Below, in pieces: positions 1-17,990 of a DNA stretch of 64,000 bases. The stretch spans positions 4,609 to 68,608 of the forward strand of contig DASZRW010000111.1 in NCBI GenBank assembly GCA_035549015.1, written 5' to 3'. Source of the DNA: Candidatus Kapaibacterium sp. (lineage in GTDB: Bacteria; Bacteroidota; Ignavibacteria; OLB7). Every line of letters begins with the position of its first letter. The stretch's first letter is position 1. The translations under genes were made by a program, and so were the position numbers. The notes beneath the pieces were generated by a model, which searched no databases, was not told the origin of the DNA, and saw nothing but the letters and a program-made list of their open reading frames with translations.

Positions 1-67
1 TTGGCAGAGCGCCCCGATCGGAAGGATCGGGGAGGTAGCGCGCTCATGATTGACAACACAGAGACAT

Positions 68-140
68 ACGGGCGTAGCTCAATTGGCAGAGCGACGGTCT
101 CCAAAACCGTAGGTTGCGGGTTCGATTCCTGCCGCCCGTG
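68..140 (+). tRNA. tRNA-Trp (anticodon CCA)
   Basis: Hand-folded cloverleaf, 73 nt, CCA not encoded. 7-bp acceptor ACGGGCG/CGCCCGT, D arm GCTC/GAGC, anticodon stem ACGGT/ACCGT with loop CTCCAAA, T arm GCGGG-TTCGATT-CCTGC. Canonical position just upstream of secE-nusG. Confidence 0.9.
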
Positions 141-245
141 CGAAGAACAATGAATGCTCTGAGGGGCAGAGCGCTCCGGTAGCCATCGGAGATCCTGTAT
201 CGCGTATGCGTTCCGATCGAACGCAGTTTATTCTCGGCGAGGCAT

Positions 246-428
246 ATGAATCAGAATATCGGCGGTTTCGTGCGTGATGTCGGGAACGAAATGAAGAAGG
301 TTTCCTGGCCGAAGAAGGAGCAGTTGTGGGAGTCCACGATCGTCACGATCGTCGTCTGTCTCATCATCGCAATCTTCGTCTACGCGATCGATCTCATCTT
401 CACCGGCCTCTTCGGTCTGGTATTCTAG
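246..428 (+). CDS. secE: preprotein translocase subunit SecE
   Basis: 60-aa ORF with one C-terminal TM helix (IVTIVVCLIIAIFVYAIDLIF) and a KVSWP motif. Lies between tRNA-Trp and nusG. Confidence 0.9.
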   Translation: MNQNIGGFVRDVGNEMKKVSWPKKEQLWESTIVTIVVCLIIAIFVYAIDLIFTGLFGLVF

Positions 429-481
429 AAGTTGTCCCTCCTCCAAACGTTGCCGTCGATGGTGCGCAGTAACCCGGGTGA

Positions 482-1042
482 ATGAGCATGTCAACAAGCG
501 AGAATACAATCCAGAAGCGCTGGTACGCCATCCGTACCTACTCGGGACATGAGGCTCGCGTCAAGCAGCTTCTCGAGAGCGAGGTGGCGCGTCTGCAGCT
601 GACGGAATACGTTCCGACCGTTCTGATCCCGCTCGAGAAGGTCTACGAGGTGCGTGATGGTAAGAAGCGTACCCGCCAGAAGAACTTCCTTCCGGGGTAC
701 GTTCTGGTGGAGGCCGTGCTCAACAAGCGCGTGAAGGATCTGATTCAGAATACGCCGTCGGTGATCAACTTCGTCGGCACGAAGACGGAGCCGGCTCCGC
801 TTCAGCCGGACGAGATCAGCAGGATTCTCGATCGCATCGAGGAACGGAAGCACGTCGAGACGATCGTCGAGTCGTTCCGTGAGGGCGATCCGGTGAAGGT
901 GATCGACGGCCCGTTCAACAACTTCTCCGGCTTTGTCCGCGAAGTGAACATGAGCAAGCAGAAGCTGAAGGTGGAGGTCTCCATCTTCGGTCGCAAGACG
1001 CCGGTGGAACTCGACTTCTCACAGGTGGAGATAGAACGATAG
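482..1042 (+). CDS. nusG: transcription termination/antitermination factor NusG
   Basis: 186 aa. NGN domain start [11 protein letters not shown] and KOW motif [21 protein letters not shown]. Conserved secE-nusG-rplK synteny. Confidence 0.95.
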   Translation: MSMSTSENTIQKRWYAIRTYSGHEARVKQLLESEVARLQLTEYVPTVLIPLEKVYEVRDGKKRTRQKNFLPGYVLVEAVLNKRVKDLIQNTPSVINFVGTKTEPAPLQPDEISRILDRIEERKHVETIVESFREGDPVKVIDGPFNNFSGFVREVNMSKQKLKVEVSIFGRKTPVELDFSQVEIER

Positions 1043-1122
1043 GGCGTGAGCCGGCAATCGGCTCCTGATGCCCGCGAAGAACGATACGTCGCAAAGAGAA
1101 CGTAACAGCTCCAGTATATACC

Positions 1123-1548
1123 ATGGCTAAAAAACTCCTCGGCACCTTCAAGCTTCAGATCTCGGCAGGCCAGGCCACGATGGCTCCTCCTGTCGGCCCG
1201 GCCTTCGGCCAGCGCGGCCTCAACGGCATGGAGTTCGTGAAGCAGTTCAACGCGAAGACTCAGAAGGACGGCGGCATCCTTACGCCGGTGCTGGTGAGTT
1301 TCTTCTCGGACAAGACCTTCACGTTCGTTGTGAAGAGCCCGCCCGCTGCGGTGCTCATCATCAAGGCGATCGCCATTCCGAAGGGCTCCGCCGAGCCGAA
1401 CCGCAACAAGGTGGGAACGGTGAGCCGCGCTCAGCTGGAGGAGATCGCCAAGGTGAAGATGGGCGATCTCAATTGCGATACGATGGAGAGCGCCATCTCG
1501 ATGCTCGCCGGCACGGCCCGCTCCATGGGCGTTACGGTTGAGGGATAA
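1123..1548 (+). CDS. rplK: 50S ribosomal protein L11
   Basis: 141 aa. Contains [34 protein letters not shown], typical of L11. Confidence 0.97.
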   Translation: MAKKLLGTFKLQISAGQATMAPPVGPAFGQRGLNGMEFVKQFNAKTQKDGGILTPVLVSFFSDKTFTFVVKSPPAAVLIIKAIAIPKGSAEPNRNKVGTVSRAQLEEIAKVKMGDLNCDTMESAISMLAGTARSMGVTVEG

Positions 1549-1688
1549 CACTTCCGGCGGCAGCCCGGCCGATCGTCTCGATAACAGGAACGCAGAACAA
1601 GAACTTTGGCAGAAGAAGTGGTGGGGATCGGTGCCGGCATCATCATGCGCCCGGCTCTCTTCCATTTCATATCTCATATCTCAGAACT

Positions 1689-2399
1689 ATGGCACAGCGT
1701 AGCAAGCGGTACACGAGCCTGACCAAGAAGGTCGACAGCACGAAGCAGTATACGCTTCCCGATGCGGTCCAGCTCGTCAAGGAGAATGCGACGGCGAAGT
1801 TCGACGAGTCCGTCGATATTGCCATCCGTCTCGGTGTGGACCCACGTAAGGCCGACCAGCTCGTGCGTGGCACGGTGTCGTTGCCGCACGGCATCGGCAA
1901 GACGGTGCGCGTGCTTGTTGTCACCCGCGACGCCAAGCAGGCCGAAGCCCGCGAGGCCGGCGCCGATCACGTGGGCTTCGAGGATATCCTCGAGAAGATA
2001 AAGGGAGGCTGGACCGACGTGGACGTCGTGATCGCCACTCCCGATGTGATGGGGGAGCTCGGCAAGCTGGGGAAGATTCTCGGACCCCGCGGCCTCATGC
2101 CGAACCCGAAGTCCGGCACGGTGACCATGGATGTCGCCACCGCCGTTCGCGAGGTGAAGGCCGGCAAGATCGAGTACCGTGTGGACCGCTCCGGCATCGT
2201 TCATGCATCGATCGGCAAGGCCTCGTTCCCGGCCGACAAGCTGATCGACAACATCCACATGTTCATGGGAAGCGTGATGCGCAACAAGCCGCAGTCCTCC
2301 AAGGGGAAGTACGTGCGCGGCATCACGATCAGCTCCACCATGGGTCCCGGCGTTCCGATCGTGGAAGCCGTCATGACCCAGGGTGCCGAGAAACACTGA
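1689..2399 (+). CDS. rplA: 50S ribosomal protein L1
   Basis: 236 aa. L1 motifs ([40 protein letters not shown]). Follows rplK. Confidence 0.97.
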   Translation: MAQRSKRYTSLTKKVDSTKQYTLPDAVQLVKENATAKFDESVDIAIRLGVDPRKADQLVRGTVSLPHGIGKTVRVLVVTRDAKQAEAREAGADHVGFEDILEKIKGGWTDVDVVIATPDVMGELGKLGKILGPRGLMPNPKSGTVTMDVATAVREVKAGKIEYRVDRSGIVHASIGKASFPADKLIDNIHMFMGSVMRNKPQSSKGKYVRGITISSTMGPGVPIVEAVMTQGAEKH

Positions 2400-2661
2400 G
2401 AGAGTTATGGGTGATGGGGTACGCATTTTTGAAATGCGGGCGCGATTATCCGCGCAACCCATGACTCGCAGCACCCATGACTCATAACCGAAAGCTTACG
2501 CACTCGCCTCGGCTGCGCTCCTGCTTCACATGTGCAGCCGACTATCGGCACCGGAAATTCGTTATCGCGTTCGGCGACGTCCCTCGTCTGTTCGGGGGAG
2601 CTTCAACGTCAACCAAGCCGGATCGAGCGGGTGAGCGGTGTAGGATAGGACACGATTATCC

Positions 2662-3231
2662 ATGGATCTGAAGAGATCCTATCTCTCCAAGAACATGACC
2701 AAAGCCAAGAAGGAAGAAGTGGTTGCAGATGTCGCCGAGCTCCTCGACGGAGCCTCCGGCGTCTATTCGATCGACTTCACTGGACTGACCGTTGCCAATG
2801 CGATCCGGCTTCGCCGTGAGTTCAAGCAGGCGGGTGTTGCCTACAAGGTTGCCAAGAATACGCTGATCAAGCGTGCCCTCGAACAGGTGGGCGGCTATGA
2901 TCACGTGCTGGACCGTTTCGTTGGCCAGACCGGCATCGCAATCGGCTACGATGATCCGGCCGCTCCGGCTCGCGTGCTGAACACGTTCATCGATCCGAAG
3001 GTCGACATCCCGAAGCTCAACTTCGTGCTGATCGAGAAGGAATTGATGGAAGGATCGAGACTCAAGGAGATTGCCGCGATGCCGTCGCGCAAGGAGATCC
3101 TTGGCTCGATCGTCGGCGCGTTGAATGCTCCTGCTTCGGGCATCGTTGGCGCAATCAACGCCGTGATGCGCGACCTCGCCTCGGTGATCGAGGAAGTTGC
3201 CAAGCAGAAGAGCGGCGCCGCCGCCGCCTGA
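2662..3231 (+). CDS. rplJ: 50S ribosomal protein L10
   Basis: 189-aa ORF. The L10-like N-terminus begins at the internal ATG 2695 (MTKAKKEEVVADVAELL), which may be the true start. Precedes rplL. Confidence 0.93.
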   Translation: MDLKRSYLSKNMTKAKKEEVVADVAELLDGASGVYSIDFTGLTVANAIRLRREFKQAGVAYKVAKNTLIKRALEQVGGYDHVLDRFVGQTGIAIGYDDPAAPARVLNTFIDPKVDIPKLNFVLIEKELMEGSRLKEIAAMPSRKEILGSIVGALNAPASGIVGAINAVMRDLASVIEEVAKQKSGAAAA

Positions 3232-3234
3232 GCA

Positions 3235-3276
3235 CGGCCGGAGACGGATAGCGCGGCCGGAGACGGATAGCGCGGC
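3235..3276. repeat. 19-bp tandem direct repeat, 2 full copies plus a partial third (CGGCCGGAGACGGATAGCG)
   Basis: Units at 3235-3253 and 3254-3272 are identical, and a third starts CGGC. Begins 4 nt after the rplJ stop, in the rplJ-rplL spacer. Confidence 0.9.
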
Positions 3277-3402
3277 AGGGTAGTCCCGCAGGGATTCACC
3301 GGGGGGATGTGGATGCCGCATCATGCCGCCGCTCCCGTGCCGCGTGCACGCGAACATTGAAAACAGCAACATCGAACACGCTAAATCAGGAAAGAATCAA
3401 CA

Positions 3403-3780
3403 ATGGCTAACATCGAAGAACTGGTCGAAACGATCGGCAATCTTACCCTTATCGAAGCTTCGGAGCTGAAGAAGGCTCTCGAGGACAAGTTCGGTGTCAC
3501 GGCCGCCGCCCCGATGATCATGGGCGGTCCGGTTGCCGCTGCTCCGGCTGCTGCAGCCGTTGAGGAGCAGACCGAGTTCACGGTCGAGCTCACCGACGGT
3601 GGCGCATCGAAGATCAACGTGATCAAGGTGGTTCGCGAGATCACCGGCCTTGGCCTGAAGGAGGCGAAGGATCTGGTTGAAGGCGCACCGAAGCCGGTGA
3701 AGGAGAGCGTCTCGAAGGAAGAGGCCGAGAGCCTGAAGAAGAAGCTCGAAGAGGCCGGTGCCAAGGTTTCGTTGAAGTAG
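3403..3780 (+). CDS. rplL: 50S ribosomal protein L7/L12
   Basis: 125 aa. Ala-rich hinge and C-terminal domain [32 protein letters not shown]. Confidence 0.97.
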   Translation: MANIEELVETIGNLTLIEASELKKALEDKFGVTAAAPMIMGGPVAAAPAAAAVEEQTEFTVELTDGGASKINVIKVVREITGLGLKEAKDLVEGAPKPVKESVSKEEAESLKKKLEEAGAKVSLK

Positions 3781-3792
3781 GAACGCGCCCAT

Positions 3793-3836
3793 GCCCGGGG
3801 GCCGCGCGGCTTCACGTCGCGGCCGCCCGGGGCTTT
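3793..3836 (+). terminator. GC-rich hairpin + TTT (rplL-rpoB attenuator/terminator)
   Basis: GCCCGGGGGCCGCG pairs with CGCGGCCGCCCGGGGC (about 14 bp, two single-nt bulges) and is followed by TTTC. This is the classical place for a partial terminator between rplL and rpoB. Confidence 0.6.
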
Positions 3837-4356
3837 CAGGGTGTTCCGCTCTCACACCGCGCAGTTGTGAATCCGCCGTTTCGGCGAAAAAACGATCTCC
3901 CCGACGGTTCCCATGGCCGATTTTCGGAAAAGTGGTGGACGTCGGGGAGAATATCGCTATTTTCGCCAGCTACGTTGGGGGTAGATTGCCCGGGCAATAA
4001 CCCCCTCGTCGCTTCGTCGTTACGCTGAATCATCTGGAGTATCGTACGGCGTGCGTATGTTCGTTCTCAGACCGACAGCAAACGCAGTCTCAATCTCTGT
4101 GGCGCCGGAGACGATTCGCTCCATTTCTTCCAATCTGCTCATCTACGTCTATCAAACGCGTCCGCTGCGACACTTTGTGGATTCTTGACGGTTGTTCCGC
4201 CCCGAACGATCGTCAAGAATCCATTGTCGTCTCTTGATATAACGCTTCGTTCATCGGAAGCCGGCTGCCGAGGCCGGCATCCGGCTTCGATCGAAGCTGA
4301 CTGAGGTTGCAGTTCAGAGCAGATGCGAACCTTCCTTTCTGACCGGAGGTAACCAC

Positions 4357-8184
<3,828 letters not shown>

Positions 8185-8295
8185 GCCCGGAACTGCATGG
8201 AGCCCGAGCCCTGCCGGGGATGGCCCGGGGCGCGGGCGTGAAGACCGAGTGATTGAAATACGAAGTACTAACGATATATACATCGGGAGAAGACT

Positions 8296-12594
<4,299 letters not shown>

Positions 12595-12656
12595 TCGGAT
12601 TCCGGTTCGCCGATCGGGCTCCGGTCGGTTGACCGGATTCCATGGAACGACAATGC

Positions 12657-12696
12657 GAAGCCCCGGCTGCATGATGCTGCCGGGGCTTCGGCGTTT
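12657..12696. terminator. bidirectional hairpin between rpoC and Cys-rich paralog A
   Basis: Perfect 11-bp stem GAAGCCCCGGC / GCCGGGGCTTC with an 11-nt loop, followed by GGCGTTT. Lies between convergent stops at 12594 and 12718. Confidence 0.7.
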
Positions 12697-12717
12697 ACAG
12701 CGCGCAATGCACCGGGC

Positions 12718-13173
12718 TCAATGGAAACAGTTGCCCGGGTTGATCGTGATCGTACAGGTGCAGGGATTGATGCAGACGTTGCAGCAGCATGCGCCAAGGC
12801 CCAGATGTATGCCCGCCACGGACCAGTCGTCCGGGCCGCAGCCTTCCACACTCACATAGATCGGCGAGTTGATGGGATAGATGGTTCCGACGTTGTCCGC
12901 GAGGCCCGAGATCTCTGCCGGCGACGGGAGCGTCAGATGGCTTGCCGTGCTGGCCGGCGCATGGAGCGGCGGCCAGGCTCCGGGGAAGGCCTGAAGATTC
13001 AGATCGATGTCGCAGCTGGTATTGTTGATGACATCGATCGTCTGGCACAGCGATGTGAATGTCGGTTGCGCCGAAGCGGTGCGTGCGCCGATCGTCGTGA
13101 CGAGCAACGTAACGAGCAGTATGGCCGCGGCGACCATTACTCCGGTACGGTAACGGCAGGTTCCTGCAATCAT
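12718..13173 (-). CDS. small secreted cysteine-rich protein, paralog A (unknown family)
   Basis: Trimmed to ATG 13173, with GGAG 8 nt upstream. Signal peptide MIAGTCRYRTGVMVAAAILLVTLLVTTIGARTASAQ. C-terminal cluster ACCCNVCINPCTCTITINPGNC. Paralogous to the next two ORFs. Confidence 0.7.
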   Translation of the reverse strand: MIAGTCRYRTGVMVAAAILLVTLLVTTIGARTASAQPTFTSLCQTIDVINNTSCDIDLNLQAFPGAWPPLHAPASTASHLTLPSPAEISGLADNVGTIYPINSPIYVSVEGCGPDDWSVAGIHLGLGACCCNVCINPCTCTITINPGNCFH

Positions 13174-13638
13174 GGTGATACTCCGTTGAATAGATTGAGT
13201 GAGGAATGGGATGAACCCGTGTATGGGAATGGGATGGATTCTTGCACACGGCCCGGCCTGCGTTGCACGGCCCGATGCCGTGCGATGGCAGCGCAACCCC
13301 CTGGGGGCGAACAGGCGTGAGCGTGGTTGCGCCGGCGTATACGGTCCTCGAATGTGAGAGAGCGCCGGAGTTCTTCGGATGGGGATATGATGTAAGAGGG
13401 GGTAGCAGTTCCTGATTGGACATTGCGTAGAGTGGCAGCGTGCAGCGATCCCGATGGCGGCACATCAGGCACCGATTCATCGTGACACACAAGGCGCGGG
13501 CCGGAGTGCCGCACCTTGTGTGGTGTATCGGGTTGGCGCTGCGTGGATTCAGCGCGAACGTTATCGTATGGGCCGTGGAGCGTCATCGCCCGCAAGCGGC
13601 ACGCTGGTACGATATTCCCGGAGGATTGCTTCCGGGGG

Positions 13639-14088
13639 CTACGGATTGCATGCCGGAGGCGTTTTCGACGGCCAGCATGTGAGAGTGCAGGTGCTTGGAT
13701 CGAAGCAGAGATCGAAGCATGCATTGTTCGGCGGCATCGTCACGTGGCTGACCATCCCCGAGGTGGGGCCGCACGGCGCGCCGCTCGGCGGAGGGGTGAC
13801 CGGGTAGAAGAAGCCGCCCGCGCTGATGATGCCGTTGATCGTGGTGCCGGGCGGGACTCCCGAGATAACGGAGCCGCCCGGCGCAACGCCGATTGGCGGA
13901 ATGCTTCCCGGCGGCGTGGTGACGAACTGCACCACGATCTGCGCCACAGCATGGTTGTTGGTGACGGTGATTGTTGCGCACGGCCATGCCACCTGGGCCG
14001 AAAGTGTGCGCGTGCCGGCGATAAGCGCCAGAACAAGCATTGATACCATGAGCAGTCCCCTGCCCGTTGTTCCGATTCGCATGGACAT
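13639..14088 (-). CDS. small secreted cysteine-rich protein, paralog B (unknown family)
   Basis: Trimmed to ATG 14088, preceded by AGGAGG. Signal peptide ...LLMVSMLVLALIAGTRTLSAQ. GGFFYPVTPPP block. C-terminal ACFDLCFDPSTCTLTC...PPAC. Confidence 0.7.
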   Translation of the reverse strand: MSMRIGTTGRGLLMVSMLVLALIAGTRTLSAQVAWPCATITVTNNHAVAQIVVQFVTTPPGSIPPIGVAPGGSVISGVPPGTTINGIISAGGFFYPVTPPPSGAPCGPTSGMVSHVTMPPNNACFDLCFDPSTCTLTCWPSKTPPACNP

Positions 14089-14489
14089 GATGACCTCCTG
14101 TGAAAGGCGGTTGGAGTAAATGATGACGCAGCGGTATTGCACGGGCACGCCCGGCAGGTACGCCGCGTGATTGATACGCAGCACATCGGCACACAGCCGT
14201 CGGTGCCGAAGCACCCGTGGCTGCGCCCAGTGGTCTGCAATTGATCGATGGTGAGTGGGGTTGGCCGGGGGCCACCACCGCCAGGTGAGCCGGGCGGCGG
14301 ATCTTCTGCGCTATCGACTGTTGTGTCGATGCCCCTCGGGTTGGGAGAGGAAAGCGGTGACCGAGCCTGAGGGGTGTATCTACACAGGGTTCCGGCAGAG
14401 TTGTCGGCACGATGACTCCGGGTATGCGGAATCGCGGGATCATCGGATCCCCTCCGACTGACGGAATGGGAACCGGTGCACTGTGGCGG

Positions 14490-14517
14490 GGCAGCCACGG
14501 CATCTACCGTGGCTGCC
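14490..14517 (-). terminator. hairpin downstream of Cys-rich paralog C
   Basis: Perfect 11-bp stem GGCAGCCACGG / CCGTGGCTGCC with a 6-nt loop, about 30 nt past the stop at 14549. No clear U-tract, so a weak call. Confidence 0.4.
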
Positions 14518-14548
14518 TGCCTTCACGTACGCATGGTCGGTTGCGCGA

Positions 14549-15007
14549 TTACGGTCTGCACTTCGGCGGCACCGGCGAGTTGGTGAGCGTGATCGTGCAC
14601 GTGTTCACATCGAAGCAGATGTTGAAGCAGCAGCCCGGAGGCGGGCCGAGCGTCACGTGCTGGATCCAGAAGTCCGTCGGCAGGCAGCCGATTCCGAGCG
14701 GCGGAGCGGGCGGATTCACCGGATAGAAGAAGCCGCCGAAGCTGGTGATGCCGGTGATCTGCAGGCCCGGAGGGGGCGTGGGAATGACGACTGCCGTGCC
14801 CGCGGGGACCAGCACCGGCGGAACGGCTCCGGCGGGAATCGTGACCAGGTTGAGCTGCGCAGTACACAACGTTGTGTTGTTGATTGTTGTATTCGGGCAG
14901 GGGGGATTCCACGGCAGCTGAGCCGATGCCGTCTGGATGCATGCGAACGCCGCCAGCGTAAGCGCGGCCGCCATCATCATGGCTGATGTTCTGATACGAG
15001 AGATCAT
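14549..15007 (-). CDS. small secreted cysteine-rich protein, paralog C (unknown family)
   Basis: Trimmed to ATG 15007, preceded by AGGAG. Signal peptide MISRIRTSAMMMAAALTLAAFACIQTASAQ. GGFFYPVNPP block. C-terminal GCCFNICFDVNTCTITL...PPKC. Confidence 0.7.
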   Translation of the reverse strand: MISRIRTSAMMMAAALTLAAFACIQTASAQLPWNPPCPNTTINNTTLCTAQLNLVTIPAGAVPPVLVPAGTAVVIPTPPPGLQITGITSFGGFFYPVNPPAPPLGIGCLPTDFWIQHVTLGPPPGCCFNICFDVNTCTITLTNSPVPPKCRP

Positions 15008-15448
15008 TCCTGTCTCCTGTGTATTGGGATGTATGTGGAATGGGGGATGAATTGCCGGAGTAGGTGCGCCGCAAACCCTTGCGGGCAAAGGCTTGCAGCC
15101 GGATGGGGTCAGCCGCGGATGCGATTCCAGATTGTGTTGTGCTGCAGACTGTCGTGGCAATCACGTTCGGGCCGCCATTGATTGGGGGGACTCACATCCC
15201 GGCCGAGACACTCGGCGGCGCCGGACGGAGTGAAGCCGGCGCTCTTGTGGATGTCACATACTAAGAGGAACTTCTACTCCGAGTTTGGACATGATTACCT
15301 GAGAAAACTGCATTCGAGAAGAAAGAAGATCTCCCTGTTGGCATGACGTATGTGGTAACTCTCGGGAATTTGTTCGATGTTCCGCACGCCGAACACAGAT
15401 CGGCCGCGACGCGGCCGATGATGCGGATCATTCCTGCACGGAGGTTGG

Positions 15449-17050
15449 ATGAGCAGCTCCCCTGATGCCTCGACGCTCGCTGCCGCAACGGGATCCAGGC
15501 CATGGATACTCGCAGCCACGATCATAGGCTCCAGCATGGCCTACATCGACGGCTCCGTTGTCAACGTTGCCATGCCGGTGCTGCAACGCGATTTCGGCGT
15601 GCGCATCGATCAGGTGCAGTGGGTCGTGGAGGCCTACACGCTCTTCGTCGCCTCGCTGATATTGATCGGAGGAACGCTCGGCGATCGTTACGGTCGCCGG
15701 CGCATCTACGCTGCAGGCGTTGCGCTCTATTCGATTGCGTCGGTATGGTGCGGGCTGGCGCCGAATGTGGATCAACTGATTCTTGCCCGCGTGCTGCAGG
15801 GGATCGGCGGCGCGATGCTGGTGCCGGGAAGCCTCGCAATCATCACCTCCTGCTTCTCCGATGAGGAGCGTGGCAAGGCGATCGGCACGTGGTCCGGACT
15901 CTCGGCCGTCTCCACGGCGATCGGCCCGCTGCTTGGCGGGTGGCTGGTGGACAACATCTCCTGGCGCGGCGTCTTCTTCATCAACGTTCCGCTCGGCGCG
16001 CTGGTGCTTCTGCTCCTCTACAGGCATGTTCCCGAGAGCAGCGACCCCGATGCGCCGAAGCGGCTGGACTGGACGGGCGCGGCTCTTGCGGCAACCGGGC
16101 TGGGCTCGCTGGTGTTCGGGTTGATTCAGGCGAACACACTCGGCGCCCGCAGTCCCATTGTTCTCGGCTCGTGCGGCGGCGGCATCCTGCTTCTGGCGGC
16201 CTTCATCTGGGTGCAGGCGCATACGGCCGCGCCGATGATGCCGCTCAAACTGTTTCGCTCGCGCGAGTTTGCCGCAACGAATATTCTCACGCTCCTGTTG
16301 TACGCCGCGCTGGGCGGCATGATGTTCTTTCTCGGATTCAATCTCATTCAGGTTCAGGGCTACTCCGCAACGGCAACGGGCGCGGCGCTGCTGCCGTTCA
16401 TCATCCTCATCTCCACACTCTCACGCTGGGCCGGAGGGCTTGCAACGCGCCATGGGCCGCGCCTTCCGCTGGTGCTCGGTCCCGTGGTTGCGGCGGGCGG
16501 ATTCGCACTCCTCACCCTTCCCTCACTGGGAGGCTCCTACTGGAGCACGTTTTTCCCCGGCATCGCGGGTGTGGGATTGGGCATGGCAATTACCGTGGCC
16601 CCGCTCACCGCCACCGTGATGGGCTCCGTTGCGCCTCATCATGCCGGCACCGCCTCCGGCATCAACAACGCCGTGTCGTGGCTTGCCAGCCTGCTCGCCA
16701 TCGCCCTGCTGGGCCTTGTCGCCGTGGACAGCTTTCGCGGGAAGCTGGAGACGGAGCTGATGCGCCGGCCGCTGAGCCAGGCATATCGTACTGCGATAGC
16801 AGGCCAGAGTGCCAAGCTCGCGCAGATCGAACTTCCGGCCGCGATGAGCAGGGAGGAGGCCGCGGCCGCGCATGCCGCGATCGACGTGGCATACATCGGA
16901 ACGTTTCGCATCGTGATGTTCTGGTGCGCCGGCCTTGCGCTCGCCAGCGGCCTCCTGGCCGGGGCGGTGCTGGGAACGGGCAAACGATTGAAGATCAATC
17001 AGCAGGAATCTGGAATCACGAATCAGGGACTACGAATTCCCCGTCCTTAA
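15449..17050 (+). CDS. MFS transporter, DHA2 (EmrB/QacA-like, 14-TMS) drug:H+ antiporter family
   Basis: 533 aa with many TM segments. N-terminal MAYIDGSVVNVAMPVLQRDFG and GGTLGDRYGRRR (MFS motif A). SD GGAGG upstream. Confidence 0.9.
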   Translation: MSSSPDASTLAAATGSRPWILAATIIGSSMAYIDGSVVNVAMPVLQRDFGVRIDQVQWVVEAYTLFVASLILIGGTLGDRYGRRRIYAAGVALYSIASVWCGLAPNVDQLILARVLQGIGGAMLVPGSLAIITSCFSDEERGKAIGTWSGLSAVSTAIGPLLGGWLVDNISWRGVFFINVPLGALVLLLLYRHVPESSDPDAPKRLDWTGAALAATGLGSLVFGLIQANTLGARSPIVLGSCGGGILLLAAFIWVQAHTAAPMMPLKLFRSREFAATNILTLLLYAALGGMMFFLGFNLIQVQGYSATATGAALLPFIILISTLSRWAGGLATRHGPRLPLVLGPVVAAGGFALLTLPSLGGSYWSTFFPGIAGVGLGMAITVAPLTATVMGSVAPHHAGTASGINNAVSWLASLLAIALLGLVAVDSFRGKLETELMRRPLSQAYRTAIAGQSAKLAQIELPAAMSREEAAAAHAAIDVAYIGTFRIVMFWCAGLALASGLLAGAVLGTGKRLKINQQESGITNQGLRIPRP

Positions 17051-17078
17051 TTCTCAACTCCTCGGGTCGCATCTGCCG

Positions 17079-17846
17079 ATGTCTGATTCGCAATTATCGA
17101 AGATCCGGCGTGCGCTTGGTGGCAAGCGCGCGGATATCCTCGTGGTGCTCGGTTCCGGGATGGGGCATTGCTTCCTTCCGCATGAGTACGACGTACTGTA
17201 CGAGCACGGGGAGACCGGTGTGGTGGGCCATTCCGGACGGCTGGTGCTGCTTCGAAGCAGCGAAGGCACCGTGCTGGTAAGCCTTGGGCGCCGCCATCTC
17301 TACGAAGGCCTGGCACCCGGCGACGTGGCCGCATCGGTCCGTGCTGCAGGCGAACTCGGCGTCCGGGCCGTCCTGCTCACCAATGCATCGGGAGGGCTGA
17401 ACCCTCGTTACCGGGCTGGCGACATCATGCTGATCGAGGAATGCATCGGAATGATGATGGCGCGTCAGCTGCATGCCTGCGGCGTACGGGGGGAGCTCTT
17501 CGCAACGGAGCGTTATGCGGCAATTGCATCGGCTGCGCTTGCGCGCGGCGTCGCTCTCGAGCGCGGAACGTACGCGGCAGTTCCGGGGCCCAGCTACGAG
17601 ACGCGCGCGGAGATCCGGATGCTGCGCCGCATGGGGGCGGATGCGGTCGGCATGTCGACACTTCCCGAGGCGTTGGAGGCGCGGCGCGCGGGAGCGAAGG
17701 TGATCGGCATATCGCTCATCACCAACACCCTCTCGGACACGGCGCGCACCATGCTGGATCATGCGGACGTGGTGGCACAGGGAGCGGCAGGCATTGCCCG
17801 CATGCGTACGGCGCTGGACGTGACGCTGGCAGCCGTGTGGGCATAG
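17079..17846 (+). CDS. purine nucleoside phosphorylase (PNP family 2, inosine/guanosine type)
   Basis: 255 aa. Motifs VVLGSGMG, GHSGRLV, GPSYETRAEIRMLRRMGADAVGMSTLPE, ISLITN. Confidence 0.93.
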   Translation: MSDSQLSKIRRALGGKRADILVVLGSGMGHCFLPHEYDVLYEHGETGVVGHSGRLVLLRSSEGTVLVSLGRRHLYEGLAPGDVAASVRAAGELGVRAVLLTNASGGLNPRYRAGDIMLIEECIGMMMARQLHACGVRGELFATERYAAIASAALARGVALERGTYAAVPGPSYETRAEIRMLRRMGADAVGMSTLPEALEARRAGAKVIGISLITNTLSDTARTMLDHADVVAQGAAGIARMRTALDVTLAAVWA

Positions 17847-17990
17847 GGAGCGGTTGGTGTGCCTGGCCATGGCGGCGCGGCGGAGCGCAGTTCGGGAGGA
17901 TCGCGCCGGGTTGCTATCGAACAACGGCGTGCGCATTGAGATCGAGTGTTGCCTGCATGGAGGCGGGGAGGGGGCGAACCGCGAGCACGG

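Noticed and set aside
1-60. TTGGCAGAGCG at the window start is identical to the D-loop/D-stem of the downstream tRNA-Trp. An 8-bp hairpin CCCCGATC-GGAAG-GATCGGGG follows it. I considered a truncated tRNA.
   Set aside because: The hairpin does not give a 5-bp stem / 7-nt anticodon loop, and no T-arm (GTTCRANYC) or acceptor 3' strand follows. It is more likely the terminator or spacer after an upstream gene (tuf is usual here). It cannot be resolved from a truncated window edge.
2400-2661. Ribosomal protein L10 leader (autoregulatory RNA) upstream of rplJ, and an L1-binding leader upstream of rplK.
   Set aside because: They are expected from established knowledge, but I could not identify the defining helices by eye with confidence. 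I left them unannotated, and an Rfam scan would settle it.
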